Source: Candidatus Aenigmatarchaeota archaeon (lineage in GTDB: Archaea > Aenigmatarchaeota > Aenigmatarchaeia > Aenigmatarchaeales > Aenigmatarchaeaceae). Taken from it: a stretch of 64,000 nt of DNA. A program made the position numbers and the translations under genes. This document shows, piece after piece, positions 8,630-18,332 of the stretch. The stretch is from positions 50,457 to 114,456 of the forward strand of contig JAZDKZ010000007.1 in NCBI GenBank assembly GCA_043802485.1. The letters run 5' to 3'. How positions within the stretch are numbered: position 1 is the first letter of the stretch; each line of letters starts with the position of its first letter. The notes below the pieces were generated by a model. The model did not search any database. It saw nothing but the letters and a program-made list of their open reading frames with translations, and was not told the DNA's origin.

Positions 8630-9598
8630 CTATCTTCCAGAAACACTAACGCTAGCTGTTCTCTCAGCCATGTAACCGTATGTTGCGGTTACTGTGAGCT
8701 GATACGACTGCATTGTTGTCGGCGCGCTGTCAATTGTCAAATCACAGGACAGTGTTATGTCTCTTCCTGCTACCAGTTCCTGCTCGCCTTCGCAGCTTTC
8801 GAAACCGGAAAGACCAGATGCCTCTATGTCAATCTCAACTCTGTTGAGCTCTGTGTCTGCGTCCAATGACAAGTCAGGACTGCCGCTCGAATAGTCTATC
8901 GAACCAGCCTTGTATAGTGTCGATCCACCTACATTGCTAATCTTTATCTGTAGCGTGACAACGTCAGAATCCGATGCGATTATAATCGGGTCTGGAATGG
9001 CCTTTACGTACAAAGCGACAGGTCCTCCTGTTGAAGACAGGGCTGCGCTGTTAAGTGCCTTTTCAGACGCCCTTGCGGCATCAGCTTCTGCTTGTGAGTA
9101 AACCCAAACGTTTCCCGAAACAGTTGTTGAATAGTCATAGTAGACTCTACCTATGAAGATATCGTTCCTAATAGTTCCCTTTGATATCCCCGTCGGTGAT
9201 GAGAGTGTATATGTAACGGTCTGCTCTCCTGCAGGTGTTCCCCTCACAGGGTCCTCAGGATTGAGAGCCTTTGTCAATGCAGTGTAAACGCTATCAGTTG
9301 TTCCCCTACCGCTCCAGTACAAACCGTCTGACAAGTCGTCCTTGACACCAGAACCTGTAAGGTATATTATCGCGTCATCCATGTCAACTGCTGCCCCGCC
9401 CAGGTTGCTCACCGTCATCATCACTCTTCCTGATGAAGTGGTGTAAACCTCGGTCGGATCCGCAGTAAACTCTGTTATGACTAGGCCGTTACCCCCAACA
9501 ACCGTTGTCGTTGTCTGCAGCCAAGAAGACATGTCTCCTTGTATACATCCAGCTACAAGCATGGTGGATAAAACTGCCAATAAAATTGCTTTTCTCAT
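8630..9598 (-). CDS. Lipoprotein-type surface protein with CARDB-like beta-sandwich repeats (paralog of 9660..10595)
   Basis: Signal peptide plus lipobox MRKAILLAVLSTMLVAGC. Segments such as ITEFTADPTEVYTTSSGRVMMTVSNLGGAAV resemble CARDB/DUF11 Ig-like repeats. About 45% identity to the adjacent paralog over the full length (shared NDIFIGRVYYDYST...NVWVYS...EADAARA and C-terminal ELVAGRD..C motifs). Confidence 0.5.
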   Translation of the reverse strand: MRKAILLAVLSTMLVAGCIQGDMSSWLQTTTTVVGGNGLVITEFTADPTEVYTTSSGRVMMTVSNLGGAAVDMDDAIIYLTGSGVKDDLSDGLYWSGRGTTDSVYTALTKALNPEDPVRGTPAGEQTVTYTLSSPTGISKGTIRNDIFIGRVYYDYSTTVSGNVWVYSQAEADAARASEKALNSAALSSTGGPVALYVKAIPDPIIIASDSDVVTLQIKISNVGGSTLYKAGSIDYSSGSPDLSLDADTELNRVEIDIEASGLSGFESCEGEQELVAGRDITLSCDLTIDSAPTTMQSYQLTVTATYGYMAERTASVSVSGR

Positions 9599-9659
9599 TT
9601 GTTCACCTTTACTATGAAGAATTGTAAAGTTGATATTTATAATTTGTGGTAGAAGGCAA

Positions 9660-10595
9660 CTATCTGCCCTGGACTGTCACGGAAGCGGTCCTTTCGGTGT
9701 AGTAGCCATAGTCTACGGTGACATCAAACTGGAACGACTGGAAGGTTGATACATCAGTAGTGACGTCTATATCACAGACTATTGTCATGTCCCTTCCTGC
9801 TACCAGTTCCTGGTCATCCAGACTCTGGCATTCTGAATCCAGAGTCAAACCAGACCCAACATCTATGCTCACATCCACCCTGTTTATTTCTTCCATGGTT
9901 AATGTGACATCACTACTGTCACTACCATAGGGTATGGCACCTGGCGAATATATCGTACCTGACGCGAGGTTGTTTATTTTTATAAAAACAGTGAACGTGT
10001 TGCTTCCCTCATATACTATCAGGGGTGTGGGAGAGACTGAAATGCTTAGACCAACAGGACCCTTGGTATAAGTGAATGAAGGCGTGTACAACTGCCTTCC
10101 TGCTGCCCTTGCGGCATCAGCCTCAGACTCGGAATACACCCAAACGTTCCCGTTTGCGCTAGTAGAATAATCATGATAGACTCTTGCTATGAAAATGTCG
10201 TTTCTTGTCTGTCCTGGGTCCAAATCAGGCGCAGTCAGAGTTTCTGAGTACCTGTAAGTAGACGGTGGGACACCTCTCACAACGTCCTCAGCCCTCATTT
10301 CCTTGTCAAGGGTCTCGAAATCGGCCACCGAACCAAACCAGTCAACAAAGTTCGAACCTGTGACATATATCTTTGAACCACCGTCAGCAACGGTTGTTCC
10401 TCCGCGGTTTTCAATTTCCATGACAAGCCTGACAGAACTGCCACTGAATATGGATGTTGGCTCTGCCGTGAAGCTGATAATCTCCAGCCCGCTGCCGCCT
10501 GTTAAAGAACTACCGCCCAGATTTCCCATGTCAATGTCTACACAACCGGCTACAAGAAGCACTGATAAAACTGATAGCAAAATTTTTGATTTCAT
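9660..10595 (-). CDS. Lipoprotein-type surface protein, tandem paralog of 8630..9598
   Basis: MKSKILLSVLSVLLVAGC lipobox and the same domain layout; conserved C-terminal DQELVAGRDMTIVCDIDV. Confidence 0.5.
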   Translation of the reverse strand: MKSKILLSVLSVLLVAGCVDIDMGNLGGSSLTGGSGLEIISFTAEPTSIFSGSSVRLVMEIENRGGTTVADGGSKIYVTGSNFVDWFGSVADFETLDKEMRAEDVVRGVPPSTYRYSETLTAPDLDPGQTRNDIFIARVYHDYSTSANGNVWVYSESEADAARAAGRQLYTPSFTYTKGPVGLSISVSPTPLIVYEGSNTFTVFIKINNLASGTIYSPGAIPYGSDSSDVTLTMEEINRVDVSIDVGSGLTLDSECQSLDDQELVAGRDMTIVCDIDVTTDVSTFQSFQFDVTVDYGYYTERTASVTVQGR

Positions 10596-10656
10596 CTTTT
10601 CACTCTAAAATAAGATTATCAAATTGGTATTTATAATTTGCAGTAAACACACTACA

Positions 10657-11706
10657 TCATGTACTGCAACAACATTTGCCTTCATCTTGGCAATCAATTG
10701 CCATAAAATTGCAGGTTCCACCAGTACAATCTCCTGTATCGATACACCTACCTGTACTAAGTGTGAACATTTCAGAGCACAGTGTTCCTTCTTCAGTCCC
10801 AGTTTCTTCGCTAGAACCACCAGAAGTTTCAGTGACCAATCTGCTTGGTTTAACTTTTACAGTAACAGACTTGTCTATCATGTATGTGTATTCTGCGGTT
10901 ATGTTCATGGTCTCTATGCTTATGGGCTGGCCTATATTGTCAGTTGTAAAGTAGCAGGTCTTCCTCGGCGCCTTGTTGTTTATGAAGTTCAACTTGTCGC
11001 CACTGGAGCCACCAGCGCATGATGTAATTCGCATGTTTCCGGCACCATTGACTTGTATGCTGTTGTCGTTGTTGTAGACTGTCAGGAAGCCATCCCCAAC
11101 GTTGTAATAATCAATGTAAAAGCTGTATTCGCTAGTATCCGCTAAAAAGGGCTGCTTTTCAGGAAAGGTCAGCACTATGTTAAAGGGCGATTTCGAAGAG
11201 CTTTTCTGCACAGGAATGTTGTACAAAGTACCCTTTACCTGCCTCGACAAGTACTCGTCCTGGGACAGCACCACAATGTCATTATAGAGCGTTAAATCGC
11301 TCGTGAAAGTAGCACTTATCTTGATTTCACAGTCCTTCTCAAGGCGCGTATAACCTGTTTCCCATTCCCATCTCCAACTATCAGACTGATTAGGCTTCAG
11401 AGTACCGATATTTCTGACTGAAGCAGTTCTCTCAGAACCTTCATCAGTTATAAAAACGCAAGTGTCATAAGCCTTCACACTCAAACCCCTTATTTCAAAA
11501 GCATTGTTGTTTGTCACATCAATTATCAGATTCAATGTTCTGTATGGAACGACCTCGGTAGGTATTGTTTGAACATTAAAGTCAAGATACTGGACTTGGC
11601 TTAGACTCTGACCGCTGGGAAGCGACGGCAACGGCAGGTCAAATGGCATGCCAGCGCACATAGAAGTAAACAACAATAGCAACAGCAAAGCATAGAGATA
11701 CTTCAT
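10657..11706 (-). CDS. Secreted protein with CARDB-like domain and a C-terminal Cys-rich tail
   Basis: Sec-type signal peptide MKYLYALLLLLLFTSMCAG. Last 40 aa contain 10 Cys (CSEMFTLSTGRCIDTGDCTGGTCNFMAIDCQDEGKCCCST). Confidence 0.5.
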   Translation of the reverse strand: MKYLYALLLLLLFTSMCAGMPFDLPLPSLPSGQSLSQVQYLDFNVQTIPTEVVPYRTLNLIIDVTNNNAFEIRGLSVKAYDTCVFITDEGSERTASVRNIGTLKPNQSDSWRWEWETGYTRLEKDCEIKISATFTSDLTLYNDIVVLSQDEYLSRQVKGTLYNIPVQKSSSKSPFNIVLTFPEKQPFLADTSEYSFYIDYYNVGDGFLTVYNNDNSIQVNGAGNMRITSCAGGSSGDKLNFINNKAPRKTCYFTTDNIGQPISIETMNITAEYTYMIDKSVTVKVKPSRLVTETSGGSSEETGTEEGTLCSEMFTLSTGRCIDTGDCTGGTCNFMAIDCQDEGKCCCST

Positions 11707-11736
11707 AAAGAATAATTAGAGCCTATTAAAATAAGT

Positions 11737-12657
11737 TTATGCTGTCAACGGGTTGACATTCACGCTAACTTCCTTCAACACCTCGTACACATAACTGTGG
11801 AAATAGGCGTTCAAAAAGTACGTCTGCTCTATGTCCACTTTGTCCTCTCCTGGAACCATCAAGGAGCACTTTATTTTGTATGTCTTCTTCCCGACAAGCG
11901 GAATTGAATCAATGTTAGTATAATAACCAGCATAACCAGACGGCCCCATAGCTGCGCAATCACTTTCAATCACATCAAACCCACCAGGAATTCCGAGAAA
12001 AAGCTCTCCCTGAGCAACCTCATCAAAAAGACCACTGCCTTTGTTCTGAACTGTGATATAGACAGGCAGGATGCTTCCTGTCCTAATTGGCAAGGCAGCG
12101 CCCAGCTCCATGTATATCTTGATAGGTCCTCTGCCAACAGTCAGTGTCGGGATGAAGGTCGTGAACTCTCCTGCCTGCTGCAGCTGTGTGTACCTTTCAC
12201 TGCTAATCACATTCACCTCTATCTCAGACTCTGAAAAATAGCTATAGCTGACTTTGAACCTAACCGGACAAGCTGTCTTTATGTAGGCGATATCCTGACT
12301 TATAGGGGTCTTGAAGGTCCATTCGACGAATTCTACCTGGCCCGGAACAAAGGGATCAACGAATGTTCTACTTTTCAAACCTGTTATCGGGTCTCCGCAC
12401 AGACCAGCGTCCAGAACACGGTAACTGACATCATAAACAGGGTCATCTTCCTCGTAATTGACTATATTGAACGACAAAGAAAATTGGTCTCCTGCAATTA
12501 TGGGCGGTGCTGGGAGGACGTTAATATTCTCGACGCTTATCACATCCTCGGGCATCTCCTTCACTTCTTCCTTTTGCCCAAAGATGTTAAAGCCTGGCAG
12601 TCCCGTGCAACCCGAGACTAGCAAAACCAGAACCAAAAGCGCGATTATTTTTCTCAT
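11737..12657 (-). CDS. Lipoprotein-type surface protein
   Basis: MRKIIALLVLVLLVSGC lipobox; beta-rich extracytoplasmic domain with a CARDB-like segment PIIAGDQFSLSFNIVNYEEDD. Confidence 0.5.
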   Translation of the reverse strand: MRKIIALLVLVLLVSGCTGLPGFNIFGQKEEVKEMPEDVISVENINVLPAPPIIAGDQFSLSFNIVNYEEDDPVYDVSYRVLDAGLCGDPITGLKSRTFVDPFVPGQVEFVEWTFKTPISQDIAYIKTACPVRFKVSYSYFSESEIEVNVISSERYTQLQQAGEFTTFIPTLTVGRGPIKIYMELGAALPIRTGSILPVYITVQNKGSGLFDEVAQGELFLGIPGGFDVIESDCAAMGPSGYAGYYTNIDSIPLVGKKTYKIKCSLMVPGEDKVDIEQTYFLNAYFHSYVYEVLKEVSVNVNPLTA

Positions 12658-12688
12658 CTTATCATTCCTTTTTTGTTAGATTAAACCC

Positions 12689-15172
12689 TTATGTCCCAAA
12701 GGGGGCAATAGCAACCTGTATATTGACGTTCTTAGTGTCCATGTATTCGTACGAGGCCACGCCTGTTATCAGCCTTGTTATTATGCTTTGATCATCAAAA
12801 CCGTCGAGGTTAGGCTTTATTAAAAAGACCACGGTCCTGTATTCACCAGGACCTATCTGAGGTATTCTATTATCAATATCAGAAAAGTAAGTACATGTTA
12901 TTTCACCGCTACCAAATGTATCACCTTCTGTACAACCACTAAATGTAGACGCTTCTATTTCTATTGGTTGTTCATCATTGAGTATCTGTGGAACGTATAT
13001 TTTCAAATCATCTACAAAAGTTATGTTTCCCCTGCCTTCGTTCTTGAGAGAAACTCTTATCAAAGTCTCTTCACCATCCCTTATGGGCTGGCGCTGGCAG
13101 TATATGGTAGCCTTGACAGGACCGCCCGTGTACTCTGAAATCAGTTCCTCTAGCTTTATCTCCCTCGCCTGAAGCAATCTATAATATTCATTCAAAGGTA
13201 TGACATCAATCGGTATCGAGACATTGACATTGTAATTATAATTGTAAGACGCCCTGACCTTCACAGTTTCACCGGAATGAGCGTATACAGCTCCAGGTGA
13301 ACACGATGATGTAGGAGTGTCACAGTTCTCTGCATCAACAGGACAACAATAGCCAAGTTCTCCCCAACCATCTCTGCTGAATTTGAACGTAGCGAATTTT
13401 ATCTCAGTCGGATATATTACTCTGCCCCAATAACAAGAATCAGTTGATTCCACAGGACTACCAGAATCACTACTACAGGTAATCGGTTCCAAAGACCCTA
13501 CGGATGTTTCAGGTTCAACGTTTGAAGCAGTCGTTCTTTTCCAGAAGGCCTCAATGTCAAGATTGATATAGTCAGCATTAAATTCACCACTATTTTCAAG
13601 CTCAATATTACCAATCAAGGTCTCCTGATTAGGATCTAAAAGAGCGGAAAACAGCTCAAACCTACTTACCTCTATAGATCTCTTCGAACCTGTGGTTTTA
13701 CTCACAGACGCCTGCTTGTCCTGCTGCTGCTTTGCTATAGCTGCCTGAGGGTTTGTTATCATCAGCCAAGCGTCTGCCATTCCTGTCTGGGCCTGGAAGA
13801 GCATATCATCCAAAGGCACAAAAATACTTTCAGTAGCGCTCTGCACCTGAGGCCACCAGTAACCGAATATAGCCTGGCCGACGACTCCTGTATACGTGGT
13901 TGAGAAGATGAAAAGCGCTATCATTATCGTCATCACTCCCATGGCAGGCCTTGCCTCTGGACCAGCGCTTATCCCGACAAGCAGAGAAAGGGCGAAAATA
14001 AGATAAAACACAATATGAATCATGTCACCTAGATTTCCCCCGCCGGAGACAAAGAACCACATTGAAAGCATCATGCAAACCAAGAAAAAACCTCTGTCGA
14101 AAACTTTGAAAGCCCCGGAGTCTGTCATGCTCTTGTATTTCCCTACGACAACTGTAATTTTACTTTCATCCTTATCCCCCTCAACCTGTATGGGGAATGT
14201 GATGAAGAACGCGGCCCCCATCCAGCCCAGCGCACTGGCAATATTGTTCCCGCTTAATCCCATGCCGCCAAAAGTGAGGAAAAACAGATATGCCAGATAT
14301 GCACCAAAGCCCAACTTGGCCCATGCCTCTATAGCCTTGGCAGGCTGTGTGGTCTTGTAGCGTCCTGGCAGAGCAGTGAAATAGAAGAAGAACGCGATCA
14401 CCAGGGAGATTAAACGATTGAATGCGAAAGTTTGTGCTATTATAAGGATGTATGCGGTTATCTTGAAGGCAGATTTTGGTACTAGCAACCAGCCTCTTCC
14501 GGATACATCTCCTCCTTCTTTTATCGAACCTATGATGTCGTTTTGACTGGGGAATATGATATAGGCCGGGAAACAGAAAATAAACGCCATCCCTATCAAG
14601 GGGAACGAGGGCAAACCAAAAAGCGGCGTGCCGACCATGAAGAATACGCCTATCAGAATAGAGATAAAAATCTCATACAGCCTGGCATGGGCTCTTTTGC
14701 CAAAGTTTTCATGAAGAGGTGTGGTATCTTCTGGTGTTTCTTGCTTAGTACCTGCTTTATAGTATTCTATTTCCTGACCACTTTGAGTCCTTGTCAATGC
14801 ATGTCCTCTGACCTTGTTTTTCCAGTGTTTCATGCTCTTATTGGCTCTTATCAAAGCGACCCTGTCCCCACTTGCTCTAGCAGCATCAATATCAAACTGA
14901 ATTTTTTTCATTTGTTCATTTGCTCTATGTAGAATTCCGCCTTGTCTAGCCTTTCTAACAGCGGTGTTGAAATCCATGCCATTAGCTCTGTACTCATAGA
15001 ACCTTTGACTCATATACTGGTGCATTTCCGAGCCTTTAGCAGCCATTCTCTCGATGTGGGTAAGCATCTTTTGATATTTTTCCCTGCCTTCAAGCTTTTC
15101 TAGACTCTTATCTCCTTTAAGCCATCTCTTGCCTTTTGTTGCTCTTCTCTTTGCCCAGTCCTTTACACCCAT
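12689..15172 (-). CDS. Large membrane protein (827 aa): about 170-aa basic cytoplasmic N-domain, about 8-10 TM helices, about 330-aa extracytoplasmic Cys-containing C-domain
   Basis: Hydropathy by eye: TM block from about aa 170 to 480. The C-terminal domain has paired Cys residues and beta-rich repeats similar to the neighbouring secreted proteins. No AglB WWDYG motif, so not an oligosaccharyltransferase. Confidence 0.5.
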   Translation of the reverse strand: MGVKDWAKRRATKGKRWLKGDKSLEKLEGREKYQKMLTHIERMAAKGSEMHQYMSQRFYEYRANGMDFNTAVRKARQGGILHRANEQMKKIQFDIDAARASGDRVALIRANKSMKHWKNKVRGHALTRTQSGQEIEYYKAGTKQETPEDTTPLHENFGKRAHARLYEIFISILIGVFFMVGTPLFGLPSFPLIGMAFIFCFPAYIIFPSQNDIIGSIKEGGDVSGRGWLLVPKSAFKITAYILIIAQTFAFNRLISLVIAFFFYFTALPGRYKTTQPAKAIEAWAKLGFGAYLAYLFFLTFGGMGLSGNNIASALGWMGAAFFITFPIQVEGDKDESKITVVVGKYKSMTDSGAFKVFDRGFFLVCMMLSMWFFVSGGGNLGDMIHIVFYLIFALSLLVGISAGPEARPAMGVMTIMIALFIFSTTYTGVVGQAIFGYWWPQVQSATESIFVPLDDMLFQAQTGMADAWLMITNPQAAIAKQQQDKQASVSKTTGSKRSIEVSRFELFSALLDPNQETLIGNIELENSGEFNADYINLDIEAFWKRTTASNVEPETSVGSLEPITCSSDSGSPVESTDSCYWGRVIYPTEIKFATFKFSRDGWGELGYCCPVDAENCDTPTSSCSPGAVYAHSGETVKVRASYNYNYNVNVSIPIDVIPLNEYYRLLQAREIKLEELISEYTGGPVKATIYCQRQPIRDGEETLIRVSLKNEGRGNITFVDDLKIYVPQILNDEQPIEIEASTFSGCTEGDTFGSGEITCTYFSDIDNRIPQIGPGEYRTVVFLIKPNLDGFDDQSIITRLITGVASYEYMDTKNVNIQVAIAPFGT

Positions 15173-15231
15173 AAAATCATTCTCTCTTTCTCTATAGATA
15201 TTTCAGAAGCCGTAGATAAAACTTTTGGTGT

Positions 15232-16476
15232 CTAATCGTCTAGAGTCTCTTCAAGCTCTTCTTCTCCTAACTGCTCTTCTTGGTCTTCTTCAAGCTGCTC
15301 TGCTTCAACATCACCGATAGCATTCTCCAGCTCCTTCTCGTCTTCCTTCTCGAACTGCTCATATTCCTTGTTCAACTCGGCTGTTGCTGCTTCAATATCT
15401 CTTTCTTCCTCTCTTTTGAACTGCTCTTCCTCCTCTTTTGTCAGTTCATTTCCCCTTCCATAATCTTCATAGCCAGCTTCCTTAGCAGCATTTTTTAAAA
15501 AATTACCACTTTGCTCCAAAACGTCTTTTCTTTTTGTTCTCAGATCCGACATATATTTTATATAAGAACTTTCTTCTTTTGTTAGAATTTTATTGTCTCC
15601 TTTTTTTCTTAAAAAAATACGCCTTTCTATAGGAAATTTTTGCTTTGTACCTGGACCGTAATTGAATTCTTTTCCAAAAAGTTCAAATGTCACATGAACT
15701 TGATTTACATTATCAGGACTACGAATTACAAAACAAGCTTCTGACGGTTTATCATAAAAAGACTGTGTTTGACTACCCCATCCCAATTGTCTTCCTTTAC
15801 TGTCAAAAATTATATCTGTTAATTCTTTCCTTGTTTTAGGGTGTTCATAGCCATATTTATCAGCTAAATAGCATGCAAGTTCGAAACAGTTATCATCTGT
15901 TTGATAGTAACGTTTTATTTGTTTTTCAAAAACAACATGTCCTTGATTTTTTAATTCTTTACCTATTTGTTCTGCATTCTCTTTCCTTTTAGAAAATTCG
16001 TTCCCTCTGCCATAACCTTCATAATCGGCCTCTTTGGCTTGTCTATCGAAGAATTTTTTAACAAAATCAAAAGTATTGCCTTTTTTATTATTCTCTGTTT
16101 TTTTGCGTCTTGGAAAGGAACCACTCTTATCTTTCAAAAGCGAACCCAAAGGAATAAACTTATCTTCAGCTTCCCTTTCCTTCATTGTCTTTTCTACAAG
16201 TCTCCTGAAATCTGGAAAATCTGAACTTAAAGAGGTTTTAGTATCTGAAAAATCTGAACCAGCAAAACCCCTTGGTATTACGAAAGACTTGTCCATAATC
16301 TTTAGAAAGGTCCTCAACTCATCTTCGCTCAAGGTTTTCAGATAAGAAGACTGTATAGATTCGTGTCTTTCAAACATAATGTTATTCAACTTTTCAAGTT
16401 TTCTAGGCTCAAAACTTCTTATAAGGTCTTCTCGGCTTTCTTCTTTATTTTTTCTAAACCTATTAAACAATCCCAT
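15232..16476 (-). CDS. Cytoplasmic acidic protein with an internal duplicated motif (A/E)(D)YEGYGRGNE and a poly-Glu/Asp C-terminal tail
   Basis: Repeat EADYEGYGRGNEFSKRKE / EAGYEDYGRGNELTKEEE; C-terminal 60 aa are over 50% D/E. First gene-proximal partner of the surface operon. Confidence 0.45.
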   Translation of the reverse strand: MGLFNRFRKNKEESREDLIRSFEPRKLEKLNNIMFERHESIQSSYLKTLSEDELRTFLKIMDKSFVIPRGFAGSDFSDTKTSLSSDFPDFRRLVEKTMKEREAEDKFIPLGSLLKDKSGSFPRRKKTENNKKGNTFDFVKKFFDRQAKEADYEGYGRGNEFSKRKENAEQIGKELKNQGHVVFEKQIKRYYQTDDNCFELACYLADKYGYEHPKTRKELTDIIFDSKGRQLGWGSQTQSFYDKPSEACFVIRSPDNVNQVHVTFELFGKEFNYGPGTKQKFPIERRIFLRKKGDNKILTKEESSYIKYMSDLRTKRKDVLEQSGNFLKNAAKEAGYEDYGRGNELTKEEEEQFKREEERDIEAATAELNKEYEQFEKEDEKELENAIGDVEAEQLEEDQEEQLGEEELEETLDD

Positions 16477-16506
16477 GGTTTAGATTTGTTAAAGTCAGCA
16501 TATAAA

Positions 16507-17286
16507 TTATCCAAAGAACAAAACAACCTGGGCAGACGTGATGTTATACGTCGTGTCAACCTCTGTCGACAAATCCAGCTTATTGGTGCCTACTTTCAGA
16601 GTGTCAATGGCAAAGTCAGTATACACGGGCGTCCAGCCAGAATATATCTCCACTCCATTTATCATGACATTAATATTGCCCTTGCCATCTCTAGTACCGA
16701 ATATGAGCAGCCTTGCCCTGCTCAGGCTCTCTGCCTCATGCTCGGTCACTTCAAAGTCAAAGGACTGGGTCTTCTTGCTCTCATAATTGACAGAAACATC
16801 CATGTCCAGTATGTAGACGGTCGGCGCCCACATCTTCCAGCCGGAGCTCTCGGCAACAACCTTGATGTTATTGTTGCTCTCAATGATAGAACCATCAAGA
16901 CTTATCGTCTTCTCCCCTATGCCAGGCGCTCCCTTGTAGACCTGCTCGTCGTTCACATAGACGAACAGGTTACCGTAATAGTTGGAGTTCCATATCTTCA
17001 TCTTCAGAACGCCCTCTGTGACATCCCCGGCATTGTCGACATCAAAATCCTTCATCTGCTCTAGATGTGAGAACAATCCGTTGTTGACCTCGCCGCCAAA
17101 AGACAGTATATCCTCATGCCCGACATTGTAGGAGACAGTAAAGTCCATGCCCAACATCTCTGTCCTGCTTGATTGGGATATGCCTGTACTTCCGGCTGCA
17201 AAAAAGTCGAAACCACCACCGAAGGCCAGCAGCAGCACTATGAGTCCCAACACTGCTGCTACCAGAACAGGAATAAAGTCAGGCAT
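16507..17286 (-). CDS. N-terminally membrane-anchored extracytoplasmic beta-rich protein; first gene of the surface operon
   Basis: MPDFIPVLVAAVLGLIVLLLAFGGG signal-anchor, then a 230-aa Asn/Gly/Val-rich domain. Confidence 0.45.
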   Translation of the reverse strand: MPDFIPVLVAAVLGLIVLLLAFGGGFDFFAAGSTGISQSSRTEMLGMDFTVSYNVGHEDILSFGGEVNNGLFSHLEQMKDFDVDNAGDVTEGVLKMKIWNSNYYGNLFVYVNDEQVYKGAPGIGEKTISLDGSIIESNNNIKVVAESSGWKMWAPTVYILDMDVSVNYESKKTQSFDFEVTEHEAESLSRARLLIFGTRDGKGNINVMINGVEIYSGWTPVYTDFAIDTLKVGTNKLDLSTEVDTTYNITSAQVVLFFG

Positions 17287-17336
17287 AAATGTATTTAAAA
17301 TATCTAAGAATAAAAATATACCTTATGCTCTCTTCC

Positions 17337-18332
17337 ATGGACTTGAAGCACAATATGGTCAAAGTCACGCCGCAGAACAGGAACGACCTTTTCATACTCA
17401 ACGAACTGATAACGCCGGACAGTCTTGTCACTGCCCGCTCTCCAAGGAGCATCAAGGTGAGGAGGGGCGACAGGATGGAACGGGCAAAGACTGGTAGAAA
17501 AGAAGTCCTGATGAAGGTTGTCGTGGAAAAGACCGAAATAAAGGAGCACCTGAGGCTCACAGGCAAGATTCTTGAAGCGCCGGACATTGTTGACAAGGGA
17601 TATCACACCATTGACGTCGAGCCGGGTAAATTGCTGACGATTGAGAAGGAGTGGAGGTCCTGGGAGATAGACAGATTGAAAGCTGCCGAGATAAAGTCAG
17701 AACCTGTTCTTGTCTGCGTTCTGGATGACGAAGAGGCTGATTTCTATTTCCTGAAGGAAAGATACAAGCACCTGCTCAGCATGAGATCTGAAGTTTCTGG
17801 CAAGGCATTCGACACCAGGAATGCTGAAAACAAGAGAAAGGAATACTATGAGAACCTGATAAAGAAGCTAAAGGTAAAATCATCCAATGTGAAGAAGATA
17901 ATAATAGCAGGCCCTGGCTTCACCAAAGAGGACCTGCAGAACGTTATCAAGGCAAAGGAAAAAAACATGCTGGAAAAGATAATGGTAAAACCAACTTACC
18001 AGACAGGTAAATTAGGTCTCCAGGAGCTGCTCCGCCAGGGCTTGCTGGAGAAACTGGGCAAGATGAGCAGGGTTGAGGAAGAGTCCAAGGCTGTTGAGGC
18101 CATAATCGAGGGCATTGGCAAAGGCAAGACCATACAGGGGATTGACGTAAAGGATGCTATTGAAGCAGGCAAGGTCAGCATGCTCCTTGTCTCTGACAAC
18201 AAGATAAGGGACTATGAGGAACTGCTGAACCTAGCAGACGAGATGAAGGCAAAGATAATGATAATTTCTTCCAACCATCCGGCAGGAGAAAGATTGCTGG
18301 ATCTGGGCGGAATAGCCGCTTTATTGTCCTAG
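17337..18332 (+). CDS. pelA: Pelota / Dom34 mRNA-surveillance (no-go decay) factor
   Basis: eRF1-like three-domain layout; C-terminal ...SSNHPAGERLLDLGGIAALLS is the eRF1 domain-3 signature. No GGQ or NIKS, so Pelota rather than aRF1. The ORF-track start 17289 lies in the AT-rich divergent promoter region; ATG at 17337 (MDLKHN) or 17355 is more likely. Confidence 0.75.
   Translation: MDLKHNMVKVTPQNRNDLFILNELITPDSLVTARSPRSIKVRRGDRMERAKTGRKEVLMKVVVEKTEIKEHLRLTGKILEAPDIVDKGYHTIDVEPGKLLTIEKEWRSWEIDRLKAAEIKSEPVLVCVLDDEEADFYFLKERYKHLLSMRSEVSGKAFDTRNAENKRKEYYENLIKKLKVKSSNVKKIIIAGPGFTKEDLQNVIKAKEKNMLEKIMVKPTYQTGKLGLQELLRQGLLEKLGKMSRVEEESKAVEAIIEGIGKGKTIQGIDVKDAIEAGKVSMLLVSDNKIRDYEELLNLADEMKAKIMIISSNHPAGERLLDLGGIAALLS

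Noticed and set aside
12689-15172. Possibility that the 827-aa membrane protein is the oligosaccharyltransferase AglB
   Set aside because: AglB starts directly with TM helices and has a WWDYG motif. This protein has a 170-aa cytoplasmic N-domain and only a loose GYWWPQ. It is kept as unknown.
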